DNA from: Veleropilina oligotropha
Lineage: Eukaryota
Direction: 5' to 3'
Assembly (NCBI GenBank): GCA_048128005.1
Contig: JBEUKZ010000127.1
Coordinates: 62,001-126,000, forward strand
DNA: 64,000 nucleotides
The notes beneath the pieces are model-generated. The model did not search any database and was not told the origin of the DNA. It saw only the letters and a program-made list of their open reading frames with translations. A program made the position numbers and the translations under genes. Positions 23,657 to 33,042 of this stretch are shown here, piece after piece. Position 1 is the first letter of the stretch; every line of letters begins with the position of its first letter.

Positions 23657-24958
23657 ATGACTAGCGTATACGGACGCAAGCTTAATCCATACCGCAGGCT
23701 GCGTGAGCCCCTCGCAGTCAAGGGCATCCGCCAGTCGGTCACGATTACAAACAATCCATCAACGATTGCCCCGAACCAGCAGCTCCTGGTTCGGTTCCCT
23801 AATCTCGGGGCGAATGACGTGATCGTTCCAGGGACTGCCCACCTTGCATTTACCATCTCACTGACCTCGGTAAATGCGAATAGGACTGTAGTGCAAAATA
23901 TCGGCCGTGCCGTGATCAGAAAGACCACGATAAAGATAAGTGGAAACGAGATCATGTCGATTGACGACTCCGACGTGTACCACTGCTACTGCGATCTCTG
24001 GAAGACCACCGGGGAGCGCAAGAACGCCCAGTACCAGGGGATTGATACCAGCGATGGGCACAACACTACGAAGCATCGTGTTGGTGCGGCAGACGCCTTT
24101 AGACTGTCTGAGGATGTCGCGGTCGCGGCCGCGTACGGTAACCGATTCCGCATCCCGCTGGATTTCGAGCTGTTGGAAAGTCACATGCCATTCTATCAAA
24201 GCGCCCTTGGAGACCGTCTCGAGTATGAGCTAACGTTCAACGACTACTCCCGGACTATCCGGGAGACGGACGACTCCGGTTCCAGCTATTCCATCGACAA
24301 TATATCCCTCGAATATGACATGGTAACCCAATCCGAGCTTGCCAGACGGATTCGAAATCAATACCAGGGTCAACTCGTAATCCTGTACGACCGTGTTCTC
24401 CGGCATCGGAAGCTCACCCTAGACAAGAGCGACTCGTTGTGGAATATGAATGTGAACGTACCGGCGAGGTCGATGAAAGGAATACTACTGTTGTTCGAGG
24501 ACCCTGCGAGAGACGCCGCGCCATTCTCTCGCGATACTGAGGCCTTCTATAATCCGAAGATCACAAAGGTCGAGGTCACAATCGAGGGTGTCCCGAATCA
24601 AATCTACAGCCAGGGCATGCGAACATACCAGATCTGGGAAGAAGCCAAGAAAATGTTCGCCTCCGGCTGCAGCAAGCGGCATCCTGAGGTCGCGATGGTC
24701 GCAAAGGACTTGGAGATGGCAGACGTCACCCTGGGCGAATTTCTGACTAAGAAATTTGCGCTCTGGATCGATATGCGGGTAACTGACGACGATCAGTTGC
24801 ACGGGTCAGGCCGGAGGGTCGAGAACGCCAGCGAAGGCATTACTATTCAGATCACTAAAACAGCCGAAGCGGCCGGTCCACTGAACGTCTATGAGTTCGT
24901 GATCATGGACGCACAGCTGAATATCGAGAATGGCCGATTCGTCGAAGCACTGTACTAA
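23657..24958 (+). CDS. Putative double jelly-roll major capsid protein (433 aa)
   Basis: Size, beta-strand-like sequence (NNPSTIAPNQQLLVRFP, FRIPLDF, LEYELTFN, NPKITKVEVTIEG) and position directly upstream of the packaging ATPase. Identical protein in copy 2. ATG in a GCCATG context. Confidence 0.75.
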   Translation: MTSVYGRKLNPYRRLREPLAVKGIRQSVTITNNPSTIAPNQQLLVRFPNLGANDVIVPGTAHLAFTISLTSVNANRTVVQNIGRAVIRKTTIKISGNEIMSIDDSDVYHCYCDLWKTTGERKNAQYQGIDTSDGHNTTKHRVGAADAFRLSEDVAVAAAYGNRFRIPLDFELLESHMPFYQSALGDRLEYELTFNDYSRTIRETDDSGSSYSIDNISLEYDMVTQSELARRIRNQYQGQLVILYDRVLRHRKLTLDKSDSLWNMNVNVPARSMKGILLLFEDPARDAAPFSRDTEAFYNPKITKVEVTIEGVPNQIYSQGMRTYQIWEEAKKMFASGCSKRHPEVAMVAKDLEMADVTLGEFLTKKFALWIDMRVTDDDQLHGSGRRVENASEGITIQITKTAEAAGPLNVYEFVIMDAQLNIENGRFVEALY

Positions 24959-25562
24959 ACGATTTCCGCACACCAAGGACCCCCACTCCGCAATCATCTG
25001 CGGCCAGACGGGCTGTGGGAAGACGGTTTTCATGCTTGAACTGCTGGAAGGGGAGTATCGAGGCGTCTTCCGGCATATCGTGGTCCTCTGCCCCACGATC
25101 AAGTACAACAAAGCATACCAGTCTTGTCCGTGGATCTGGACCGACCCTGAGGTGTATTTAGTCCCCCCGGGTGAGCGACTCCATGACTGGCTGCGGGGGT
25201 TCTACCGACTGTTTCAGGGGGAATCAACTTTATATATCATCGACGACTGCGCCGCCAGCAAAGCTATGGCAAAGAGGAGGGACATGCTGACTTTGTTGGC
25301 CTTCAGCGGCAGGCATGCTTCCCAGAGCATATGGGTAGTGACGCAAAAGTACAACTCGGTCTTGAAGGAGCTCAGAGAGCAGACCCGCTGGGTCGCGCTG
25401 TTCCATTGCAAGGACCACGACAGTTTCGAGGACTGTCTGCGCGAGAACGATGTAATCCCGTCGCAGGATGAACGGACCGAGGTTCGCCAGCTGTTGGCCG
25501 AGACACGACACGCTAAGCTTCTGTTGAAAACTGATCAGCCCGTTGCTTATAGTGTGCTATAG
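24930..25562 (+). CDS. A32/FtsK-HerA-type genome packaging ATPase
   Basis: Walker A GQTGCGKT, Walker B YIIDD, the SGRH arginine motif and VVTQKY. Confidence 0.92.
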   Translation: MADSSKHCTKRFPHTKDPHSAIICGQTGCGKTVFMLELLEGEYRGVFRHIVVLCPTIKYNKAYQSCPWIWTDPEVYLVPPGERLHDWLRGFYRLFQGESTLYIIDDCAASKAMAKRRDMLTLLAFSGRHASQSIWVVTQKYNSVLKELREQTRWVALFHCKDHDSFEDCLRENDVIPSQDERTEVRQLLAETRHAKLLLKTDQPVAYSVL

Positions 25563-25573
25563 CTACCCAGCAG

Positions 25574-26359
25574 ATGCTAAGTAGCTGCCCAGCAAGCTCT
25601 CGCATGTCGGACGCTGTATATCTAGCTTTTGCTTTCAGCCAGAGCCTGATCTTGCTCCTACTCGCTACATTGTGGTATTGGATTTACAGTTATATTAGAC
25701 CGGTGAGGCGATGCTGGAAACGCTTCAGGATGGACAGCCTCATCGATCAACTCATGGATGACGAACAAGAAACGACCATCAACAGCTGTCGCTTGACTCC
25801 CGATGGCAAGGAACCTGTCAGTAACAGTGGAGTCGCAAGTTCCGTTTGCGCGGCAAAGCGTGAGAGGCTTGCAGCCTTAGCCGTTGGAGGACAGGCCCAC
25901 CGATACATGGGGCGTAACCTCACAGTGGACCGGATAGACGACATGACTGACGACGAGGTCGAAAAGCACCACGCGAGGTATGAAGCGAAACTCGGTGCCG
26001 ATGTGACGAAGACTCTGGGGACTTCAGCTATTCATCTCTACGCGGGGGCAGCTGGGATGTTCCTGCCCATTCCACCAGCAAACCAGCTACGACTGATCGC
26101 CGACCTGGAGGCCGACCCGTTCATCTCACATGCCCTGACCACTGCAAGCTGTGAGCTGTATTATAAATATGGCATGTACCTCGCACCGCTGACCGCAGCG
26201 TTGACCACGGCTAAGCACTGCCAATTTGGACATGTTTGCCCGCCTAAGATACCAGATCAAGATGACAACGCCGGAAGTGGACCAAGTGATCGAGAGACAG
26301 CCGATCGAGAGCCAGCCGATAGAGAGGGTGACTTCTTCGACGGACTCATCAGTGAGTAA
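25574..26359 (+). CDS. Hypothetical viral protein (up to 261 aa)
   Basis: Identical protein in copy 2. Has an N-terminal hydrophobic segment; the true start may be the internal MDSLIDQL. Confidence 0.7.
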   Translation: MLSSCPASSRMSDAVYLAFAFSQSLILLLLATLWYWIYSYIRPVRRCWKRFRMDSLIDQLMDDEQETTINSCRLTPDGKEPVSNSGVASSVCAAKRERLAALAVGGQAHRYMGRNLTVDRIDDMTDDEVEKHHARYEAKLGADVTKTLGTSAIHLYAGAAGMFLPIPPANQLRLIADLEADPFISHALTTASCELYYKYGMYLAPLTAALTTAKHCQFGHVCPPKIPDQDDNAGSGPSDRETADREPADREGDFFDGLISE

Positions 26360-26753
26360 AAAGGACCCGAAAAAAGTGGCTGCAGGGAGGGCCGGCGCTG
26401 CTGCTCGAAAAGCCAAGCAGGAGAAGCTACTGGCCGCGGTTCGAAAAATTAAAGAAGACCTGAGTGCCCCAACAAGTGTTGTCGTTCCATCAGAACAGCC
26501 CGGGGAGGCGGTTCCAGCCGCAGAAAGACCGCGTGCGCCAGATACACGGAAATCGGACCTATTTAATTGGACCCAGGTAGCCGTCGCTGCCGGTACGGTT
26601 GCGTTGGTATTTGTTGTCTGGAAGACGTCCTCAGAACGCAGCAACCCTGGTCCATCCACACCACATCAACAGCCACCAGACGCGGACGCTAGGCAGCCTC
26701 GGGCCGCCCCCACTATCGAATTGAAGAAGCAGAACCCTTTTCATATGCAATAG
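26262..26753 (+). CDS. Basic protein with KKDPKKVAAGRAGAAARKAK and a single TM segment
   Basis: Conserved in copy 2, with synonymous changes in the basic motif. Hydrophobic VAVAAGTVALVFVVW. Alternative ATG at 26232. Confidence 0.7.
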   Translation: MTTPEVDQVIERQPIESQPIERVTSSTDSSVSKKDPKKVAAGRAGAAARKAKQEKLLAAVRKIKEDLSAPTSVVVPSEQPGEAVPAAERPRAPDTRKSDLFNWTQVAVAAGTVALVFVVWKTSSERSNPGPSTPHQQPPDADARQPRAAPTIELKKQNPFHMQ

Positions 26754-26778
26754 TCGCAAACGGTACTAATCAACAGTT

Positions 26779-27018
26779 ATGACTACCCCAATCACTGATG
26801 GAAAGATGCTCGGCAACGCTGTATACCACGCCGCTATAGTGTCAGGCCTCGCCATAGGCTACGCACGCCTGACAAAGATGGTATTCAAGGGAGCGAGCCC
26901 CAAACTGGACTTCACGGGCTACGATGTCGGGATGGTCGTCCTCGACGTAGCGCTCGCCATGGCGACGAAGGACATGCTGATCAAGCAAGGCATCATTCCG
27001 GCCGATGTTTTGAAGTAG
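26779..27018 (+). CDS. Small hydrophobic viral protein (79 aa)
   Basis: Two hydrophobic helices. Conserved in copy 2 with mostly synonymous differences. Confidence 0.75.
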   Translation: MTTPITDGKMLGNAVYHAAIVSGLAIGYARLTKMVFKGASPKLDFTGYDVGMVVLDVALAMATKDMLIKQGIIPADVLK

Positions 27019-27049
27019 TGTGACCTTGCTAGATAATCGCAGCATTTCA

Positions 27050-27478
27050 ATGGCTTCCATTGCGATGCTGGTTGGGGGCGCTCTCGTCAACGCCCTCGCC
27101 TTCAGCGGCTCCAACTTCCTCTTCTCGAAGCTACGCAGCTCCGGTGTCGATGCGGAGCGTAAACGCCACGACATTGCTGTAGAACAGCTCAACGCTGCTC
27201 AGACTAAATGGTCACAACAGAGGGCAGAGCGTCTCGACTGGCTGAACGTTGAACTTCGCCGCCAGGGTCATGCCGTTGGCACATTCCGGGATGTTGACGC
27301 CGCGATCCGTGAGTATGCATTGATCACCGGCAAGAACCTTGACCCCGGCCTGGGGGGTGGCCCTGAGCCCGCCCTGTCTGACTACTACACACCGAGCGAT
27401 GGCCAGAAGGGACGTGAGATCACCTTCATCATCCTGGGGATGGCTGCGACCGGGTTGGTCGCCTACAAGCTCGCCTAA
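27050..27478 (+). CDS. Small membrane protein with N- and C-terminal hydrophobic segments
   Basis: MASIAMLVGGALVNALAFSG...FIILGMAATGLVAYKLA, conserved in copy 2. Confidence 0.75.
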   Translation: MASIAMLVGGALVNALAFSGSNFLFSKLRSSGVDAERKRHDIAVEQLNAAQTKWSQQRAERLDWLNVELRRQGHAVGTFRDVDAAIREYALITGKNLDPGLGGGPEPALSDYYTPSDGQKGREITFIILGMAATGLVAYKLA

Positions 27479-27519
27479 TTATTTCCAGTGGACATTTTTT
27501 TCGTGTGCCAGGTATAATA

Positions 27520-27741
27520 ATGGGGCTCCCAGAAGAGCTGTACTGCGCTATGCTTGCGGTCGGCTATATTACTACGTTACTCGACTGCTGGCGCCGCGAC
27601 GAAAAGACTATGGTGCGGTTCGCGGTCCTGGTGCTCTCGGGCCCGACCAACCTATGGGCGACGACTGCGCAGCGACCGGCTCCGGAAGCTGAAGCCTGTT
27701 GGAGACTGATCAGTTTACTGGAATACATTGCTGATGGATAG
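27520..27741 (+). CDS. Hypothetical small protein (73 aa)
   Basis: MGLPEELYC... frame conserved in copy 2 (49907-50188). The stop overlaps the integrase start region. Confidence 0.5.
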   Translation: MGLPEELYCAMLAVGYITTLLDCWRRDEKTMVRFAVLVLSGPTNLWATTAQRPAPEAEACWRLISLLEYIADG

Positions 27742-28732
27742 TAAGCTTGCGAGGATGTACTACAGCCCTAAGGGCTACTGGAAAGGCATTGCCGCGATAA
27801 AGAAACTAGCTGACGCTGCCAAGGCGTCTGAAGTGGAGGCCCGGACATGGCTTAAGAGGCAGGCTATATGGCAGATCTATTTACCTGCGCCACGGCGGAT
27901 TCCAAGACCAAAATTCGACGTCGTAACGCCAAACGAGGTTCACCAAGCCGACCTCCTGTTTCTCCCCCATGACAAGGTCAGACACAAGACCTATAAGTAC
28001 GCGTTGACTGTGGTTGATGTGGCCAGTCGCTTTAAAGAGGCTGAGCCTCTGGTCACAAAAGAGGCCAAAGGGGTTGCTGAAGCACTAGCCCGAATCTACA
28101 GGCGGAGTCCTCTTGGCTGGCCGAAACTGCTTCAAGTCGATCCAGGGCGAGAGTTTATGGGCGCGGTTTCCCAGCTGCTGGCAAAGAATAACGTCGAGGT
28201 TAGGCGTGGCCGTGTGGATATCCATCGCGATCAGGGCATTGTGGAGCGCTTCAACCGGACGCTCGCTGAGCGGCTCTTCGGGCACCAGTATGCAACAGAG
28301 ATGCAGTTTGCAGAGTCTGCGAAAGAGGGTCAAAGGTCAACTGAGTGGGTCGCCCGGTTAGCAGCTGTAGTTGCGGCCTTGAATGGGGAAGTGACCAGGC
28401 TGACCGGTAAAAAGCCCAAGGACGCCATCAAGGCACCTCGCGTTGCCCAAAAGCCAGGCGCCACTGTTCCAGGCCGACAGGGGAAGGAACAGAAACTCCC
28501 CTCTGACGTAGATGTTCGCTACCTTTACTACGATGGTGAGCTGGAGGGGGGTCATCGCCGTGCTACTGACCCGGTGTGGTCTCTAAAAGTTTACAGGCTT
28601 GGACGCTCCGTCACTAAGCCTGACGAGCCTGTGCTCTACTACTTGCTGGATGGACCACCGCGTGGCTTCGTTCGTGAGGAACTTCTCGTGGTGCCTCGTG
28701 ATACCCAGCTGCCGCCGGTTCTCAGGCGTTAA
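27734..28732 (+). CDS. Retroviral-type (rve) DDE integrase
   Basis: HQADL...VVDVASRF...QVDPGREF...IVERFNRTL catalytic core. No RT or gag nearby. Confidence 0.95.
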   Translation: MDSKLARMYYSPKGYWKGIAAIKKLADAAKASEVEARTWLKRQAIWQIYLPAPRRIPRPKFDVVTPNEVHQADLLFLPHDKVRHKTYKYALTVVDVASRFKEAEPLVTKEAKGVAEALARIYRRSPLGWPKLLQVDPGREFMGAVSQLLAKNNVEVRRGRVDIHRDQGIVERFNRTLAERLFGHQYATEMQFAESAKEGQRSTEWVARLAAVVAALNGEVTRLTGKKPKDAIKAPRVAQKPGATVPGRQGKEQKLPSDVDVRYLYYDGELEGGHRRATDPVWSLKVYRLGRSVTKPDEPVLYYLLDGPPRGFVREELLVVPRDTQLPPVLRR

Positions 28733-31700
28733 CAACCGCAAATCCTCGTTTCCGGTTACATTCCAGACACGTTAAGCGCACGTTGTCGCGGGTGTGGCCC
28801 CTGCTGTTGTCCACACGGTCGACACTGAACTGCTGTGTGTCCTTCGGGGAATATGCCCAGAGCAGCTCTATGTTGCATGCTGCGCAGCGGTTGTTTTGGG
28901 CCTCTCTGAGCCGCAGGATGTCGTCGACCTTGAGGTTAAACCCCGGGAGTCCCGTTGCCTGGTCCTGGCGTTTGTACGCCACAAGCTTTTTCTGGATGGT
29001 CTTTCGGAGCTGTTGCTCGGTTGGGGGCGCTTGGGGGGGCCTGTCCTCAGAACCCTCATCCGGTGGACAGGTTACCCGTTCGAGCTGACACAGCAGCTCC
29101 ACCCGGGACACGGCTAGGTAGGCGAGATTACTCCACTGAAGGTAGTCGTCGATGATCCAGACTTTCTGTGGGTCGTGAATCGTAAGACCCTGGCTCGAAT
29201 GGATGGTGAGAGCATAGCCCAGGCGCCAATCCGGGGTCAGGATCGCCCGCTCAGCGGCCTCAATGGTGACCTCGATGACGTCGTTCAGAACTAGCTCCTC
29301 TCTTTCGTCGGTGCCCGGAAGCGTTACCATGATGTTTTGCTTACGGGTGTCCCTGGGGTGGTACAGGATAGGCACCATGGAGTCTGGGAAGTGCTCCTTG
29401 TGCCTCTGGAGCAACAGCTCTTGAGCCCGTTCGCGGACTTTCTGACGGCTCGTGAGGATTAGGTCGCCTGGCTTCCAGGTGTTGACGAACCGATCCCATC
29501 CAAGGCAGCTGGGGAGCGTCCGTCGCATCTCGTCGCACTGGACTTTGTCGGGCTGGAGACGTATCCGTCTTTTCAGGGCTTGGAGGGCAGGGTCGTCTTT
29601 CGCCCTGTAGTCTACTTCGATCTCTTCATAGTAGTCCGCGGTCTTTCGCAGCCAATCGTGCGGCATCTCGCCCGTAATCGGTGGTGGCTGGCCTTGATCG
29701 CCACAGCAGATAACCTGCACTTCGTGGTGGCCCAGCCAGTCCAAGAACATCTCTAGAATAGCCCGGGGAACAGTACAGACCTCGTCCCAGATAATGACGC
29801 GCGGGATGAACTTCTGACCCATGCGATCAGGCGTCCAGTCGTTCTGGCCGCTCCATCGGAAGAAGCTGTGGTAGGTCTGGGCTTTGACGCCTCTGGTTCG
29901 CATCTCTTTAGCGAGGCGGTGGGTTGGTGTGAACACGACGGGATTCCTTGCCCGAAAGAGCTCGATCGTCCTAGTAGTCTTGCCACAGCCCCCTCCACCG
30001 TTGAGGTAACTCAGGCGATGGTGGGTCAGCGTGTCATTGTAGCATGGCGCGGTGCTCGGCTGGCTGGAATTGGCGGCACAACAATACTCTGGCTTGGGTA
30101 GGTATGTGGCATGTTCCTGTGGCATATACAGCTGTTCGCCCTTGTCACGCCACTGGGCCGGTGCTACTGGCGGAAGGTACGGCTCCGCGATCAGACATGA
30201 GATGCACGATTTCTCGCCACAGCCGCAGAGTCTGGGGGCAACGTACACCGTGACATCGTCGAGCTTCTCCAACGAGGCCTTCTTAAGGTAGATGCTGTCC
30301 GTGGCTACCCGGACGGCTTCTGCTGCACTGAAACGCTTCAGCATGCTCAAGAGGTTTATGTGTGCATAGGCCAACATGGATGCCCTCAGGTGGGCGTACT
30401 GAGGCTGGGAGCCATCATAGTACGTGAGGATGTGACCGAGGGGGCATCTCTGAGGAGCGCCAACCAGGGTGCCGCTTTGGCGGGTGTCTCTTACGAGGAA
30501 GTCGAGCTCACCCTGGTCGGTCACCAGTCTACGAGTCAATCTTTTGCCATCGGCTTTGGCGCCTTGGGTGAATTTGCCGATAATGCTGCAGCCCTGGTCA
30601 CGATTCTCCGGAAGCCAGACATCGGTCTGGTTTTTGAACGCGATGATGGCCTCTCGGATCTTGAGGCTTTTTAGCAGTCCAGAGTCTACGAGGAAGGCGA
30701 GCAGCGGGGTGGGTGCCCATCCATTCTCTGCAAAGTGCTTTCCGAACCATGCTACAATGACGGGGTGGATGTCTTGTGCGAACTCCCATTCCACGACCTC
30801 AGCAAACCCGGTCCCGATATCTTGGGGTAGAGGACCGTTAATTGCGACCCGGGTCATGCTGTGGAGTGGGTGTCCGAATCTTTCGAAATAGGGCTTAGCC
30901 TCGCCCTTCCCCAGAAAGCTTGCAGGGTAGCAGGATTTCATATCGATGCAGCAGACATCGCCCGTGTCGTAATTCATGGAATTCCACAGGCCGCCGTGGC
31001 CATGCTCTACACAGGCCTTCTGGATGTCATCGAGCAGGCCCGCTGGGGTCGGTTTCCAGCCGTTGGTCTCTTTGGCCATAATGCTAGCTGCATGGTTCAC
31101 GCCAAAGGCTCGACCGGCTAGGGACTCATTCCCCAGCGCTGTACAGGCTTCTTGGAGTCTCTCGTGATCATCTTTTGTCCTGTACGTGCGGCCGTCCTGA
31201 AGCACGAACTGGTTCACGTTGAGCTGTCGGTCTGTACCGCCTAGGAGCCAGACAGCCAATGGCTCGTTCTGTGTGGCTTGTCGAATAGCTTCCCAGACAT
31301 CGCCCTCATACAGGTGGACCTCGCGAGACTGCGGAAAGTGTAGGTCCTTCGACCATGCGTGGCCGTTGTGACAGATGAGTTCTATGGACTTCCACATACT
31401 GGCCTGGTATTTTCCGCTGTTGAAGACGTCCTCGCCGGCGATGTCTCTCAAGACAATCGCCCGCTTCAGTATCTTCTCGAGGATGGATATATCATCCACA
31501 GTGGCGCCTGTTACATGGACTCGCTCTTCCCACTCCAGTATTTTCTGCCGCCTTGTCGGGGTGAGTCCGTGTCCTCTAAGGGCACCTTCGAAGTGCTCAA
31601 CCACTCGTTGGGCAACGCAGTTGAGGTCGCCGTTCTTCATCGGAACCAGGTTGGCGGGGTTTGGTTCTCTGAGAGGATAGACGCCGTAGACGACTGCAGT

Positions 31701-32570
31701 GACCGGGTAGGCATTCTCGTAGTAGACCTTGTCGACCCCGGTGATAGCACCCGGCTTAGTGTCCTGAGAGATCTCAAAGACACCCTGGCCCTTCTTTCTC
31801 GCAGCTTTCACCGGGTCAAACTTGTCTTCGACCACCCAGTCGCCCTCACTCCACTCACGCAACAACTTTATTCTAAGGACATACTCGCCCTTTGGAAGGG
31901 CTGTGAGGAGCTGTGCCGCCCTTGCATCTGTCATACGGGCATCCAGGGCCGGTGCGATCTTAATGTCCACTTCTACCCTCCATGTGGAGAAAGCCGCCGC
32001 GGCGCCATCGACCTCAAACTCGTCTTTGGCGTCGCTCAAGAGTTCCACCCATGGCTCTTTTGCTGGGAGCCTTACTGGGGGAGGGACCTGGTCATCCAGG
32101 TCGATGAATCGTTGTCCCTCGGGTGTGGTAAATTGCCCTAGAAGATCCTTCTGGTAGTCCTGGGCTGTCCGGGGCGTTTTGGAGATGAGAAGATCGGGCC
32201 CCTTCCGAGCAATAGCATGGGCAAGGGTCTCTTTCCGAGACCGCTTGACGATTCGATCCGTGATGGCGCGAAGTGGCTTCAGTCGAATCCTGGGATTTTT
32301 CTCAGCCTGGGATTCGTATTTACGAGCCTGCAGGGCGGCGTCGACCTCGTCCTTAATCTGCCGCAACTCGCGAGCACGTCGGCCTCTTTTGTGGGGGTTC
32401 TCCACATCTCCACGTATGGAGGGGAACCTTCCCGTTTTCATCGCCCGCTCGAGTCTGCTCCGAAACTCCGCAGCACGGACCCTGGCGATTGCCCTGACGA
32501 GGTCGTGCTTCTTGAGCTTCGACCGAGCGGGAATCCCATAATCTTTCGCTAGATTGCGCAGGTCATCCAT
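28722..32570 (-). CDS. Replication polyprotein: HeH-like N-terminus, putative OTU-like protease, family-B polymerase palm, SF1 helicase, HNH/Zn domain
   Basis: PolB-like DMKSCYP, SIIGKFTQ and ATDSIY. SF1 motifs GGGGCGKT, TPTH, TYHSFF, WDEV, GDQGQPPP, TIHSSQGLT and YLAVSR. C-terminal CAAC...SVDRVDNSRGHTRDNVRLTCLECN. ATG 32570 is positionally equivalent to the copy 2 start; an upstream ATG exists at 32603. Confidence 0.88.
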   Translation of the reverse strand: MDDLRNLAKDYGIPARSKLKKHDLVRAIARVRAAEFRSRLERAMKTGRFPSIRGDVENPHKRGRRARELRQIKDEVDAALQARKYESQAEKNPRIRLKPLRAITDRIVKRSRKETLAHAIARKGPDLLISKTPRTAQDYQKDLLGQFTTPEGQRFIDLDDQVPPPVRLPAKEPWVELLSDAKDEFEVDGAAAAFSTWRVEVDIKIAPALDARMTDARAAQLLTALPKGEYVLRIKLLREWSEGDWVVEDKFDPVKAARKKGQGVFEISQDTKPGAITGVDKVYYENAYPVTAVVYGVYPLREPNPANLVPMKNGDLNCVAQRVVEHFEGALRGHGLTPTRRQKILEWEERVHVTGATVDDISILEKILKRAIVLRDIAGEDVFNSGKYQASMWKSIELICHNGHAWSKDLHFPQSREVHLYEGDVWEAIRQATQNEPLAVWLLGGTDRQLNVNQFVLQDGRTYRTKDDHERLQEACTALGNESLAGRAFGVNHAASIMAKETNGWKPTPAGLLDDIQKACVEHGHGGLWNSMNYDTGDVCCIDMKSCYPASFLGKGEAKPYFERFGHPLHSMTRVAINGPLPQDIGTGFAEVVEWEFAQDIHPVIVAWFGKHFAENGWAPTPLLAFLVDSGLLKSLKIREAIIAFKNQTDVWLPENRDQGCSIIGKFTQGAKADGKRLTRRLVTDQGELDFLVRDTRQSGTLVGAPQRCPLGHILTYYDGSQPQYAHLRASMLAYAHINLLSMLKRFSAAEAVRVATDSIYLKKASLEKLDDVTVYVAPRLCGCGEKSCISCLIAEPYLPPVAPAQWRDKGEQLYMPQEHATYLPKPEYCCAANSSQPSTAPCYNDTLTHHRLSYLNGGGGCGKTTRTIELFRARNPVVFTPTHRLAKEMRTRGVKAQTYHSFFRWSGQNDWTPDRMGQKFIPRVIIWDEVCTVPRAILEMFLDWLGHHEVQVICCGDQGQPPPITGEMPHDWLRKTADYYEEIEVDYRAKDDPALQALKRRIRLQPDKVQCDEMRRTLPSCLGWDRFVNTWKPGDLILTSRQKVRERAQELLLQRHKEHFPDSMVPILYHPRDTRKQNIMVTLPGTDEREELVLNDVIEVTIEAAERAILTPDWRLGYALTIHSSQGLTIHDPQKVWIIDDYLQWSNLAYLAVSRVELLCQLERVTCPPDEGSEDRPPQAPPTEQQLRKTIQKKLVAYKRQDQATGLPGFNLKVDDILRLREAQNNRCAACNIELLWAYSPKDTQQFSVDRVDNSRGHTRDNVRLTCLECNRKRGFAVVNA

Positions 32571-32618
32571 GTTGCTGGGGGGGTATACACTACGCCAAAT
32601 CATTTCTCTAATAGGAAA

Positions 32619-32894
32619 TTACGTGTGGTAGATTGCAGCCATGCGGCGAAACTCTCTCTGGAAGGCCCTTTTCTTTCGTTGCCAGTCCTTAACGTCTTCA
32701 TTCCGATACCCACAACCCCGGCACAACGTAAACCGGTTAAAGACGCCTTTGCCGCATTTGATGCAGGGCTTTGTGCCCCAGCCATTTCGCCGTAGCCGAG
32801 CCAGGTGGACTTTGCAATACGTGTTCAGACATCTCTTACCACATAGCTCCGTGGAGCTGATGGTGAGCCATTGACAGGTGTCCGTTCCCCACAT
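32619..32894 (-). CDS. Small zinc-finger protein (91 aa)
   Basis: C-x10-C-x3-C-x4-C-x2-H followed by CxxC-x10-CxxC and a basic tail. All Cys are conserved in copy 2. Confidence 0.75.
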   Translation of the reverse strand: MWGTDTCQWLTISSTELCGKRCLNTYCKVHLARLRRNGWGTKPCIKCGKGVFNRFTLCRGCGYRNEDVKDWQRKKRAFQREFRRMAAIYHT

Positions 32895-33042
32895 CGTATC
32901 CTTTGCATTGGATATACCCGTCCGATGGGTATGTCTAAAAGAGAGCCCGGGCCGGCGAGGGTTGTGGGCCGTCCCTACGGGCTCTTACTACATACTACTA
33001 TATCGGCATGTTAGACGCTGTGTAGTTATACTTGAAATCAAC

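Noticed and set aside
27734..28732. Integrase as part of an LTR retrotransposon
   Set aside because: There is no gag, protease, RT, RNase H or LTR. It lies between TIRs with ATPase and capsid-like genes.
28900..30010. SF1/Pif1-like helicase as a Helitron RepHel
   Set aside because: No HUH Rep motifs were recognised. The helicase is fused to PolB-like motifs inside an element with TIRs and a TSD.
28783..32552. Many plus-strand ORFs of 60-290 aa opposite the polymerase, and equivalents elsewhere in both copies
   Set aside because: They are antisense shadows in GC-rich coding DNA, have no motifs and often differ in extent between copies.
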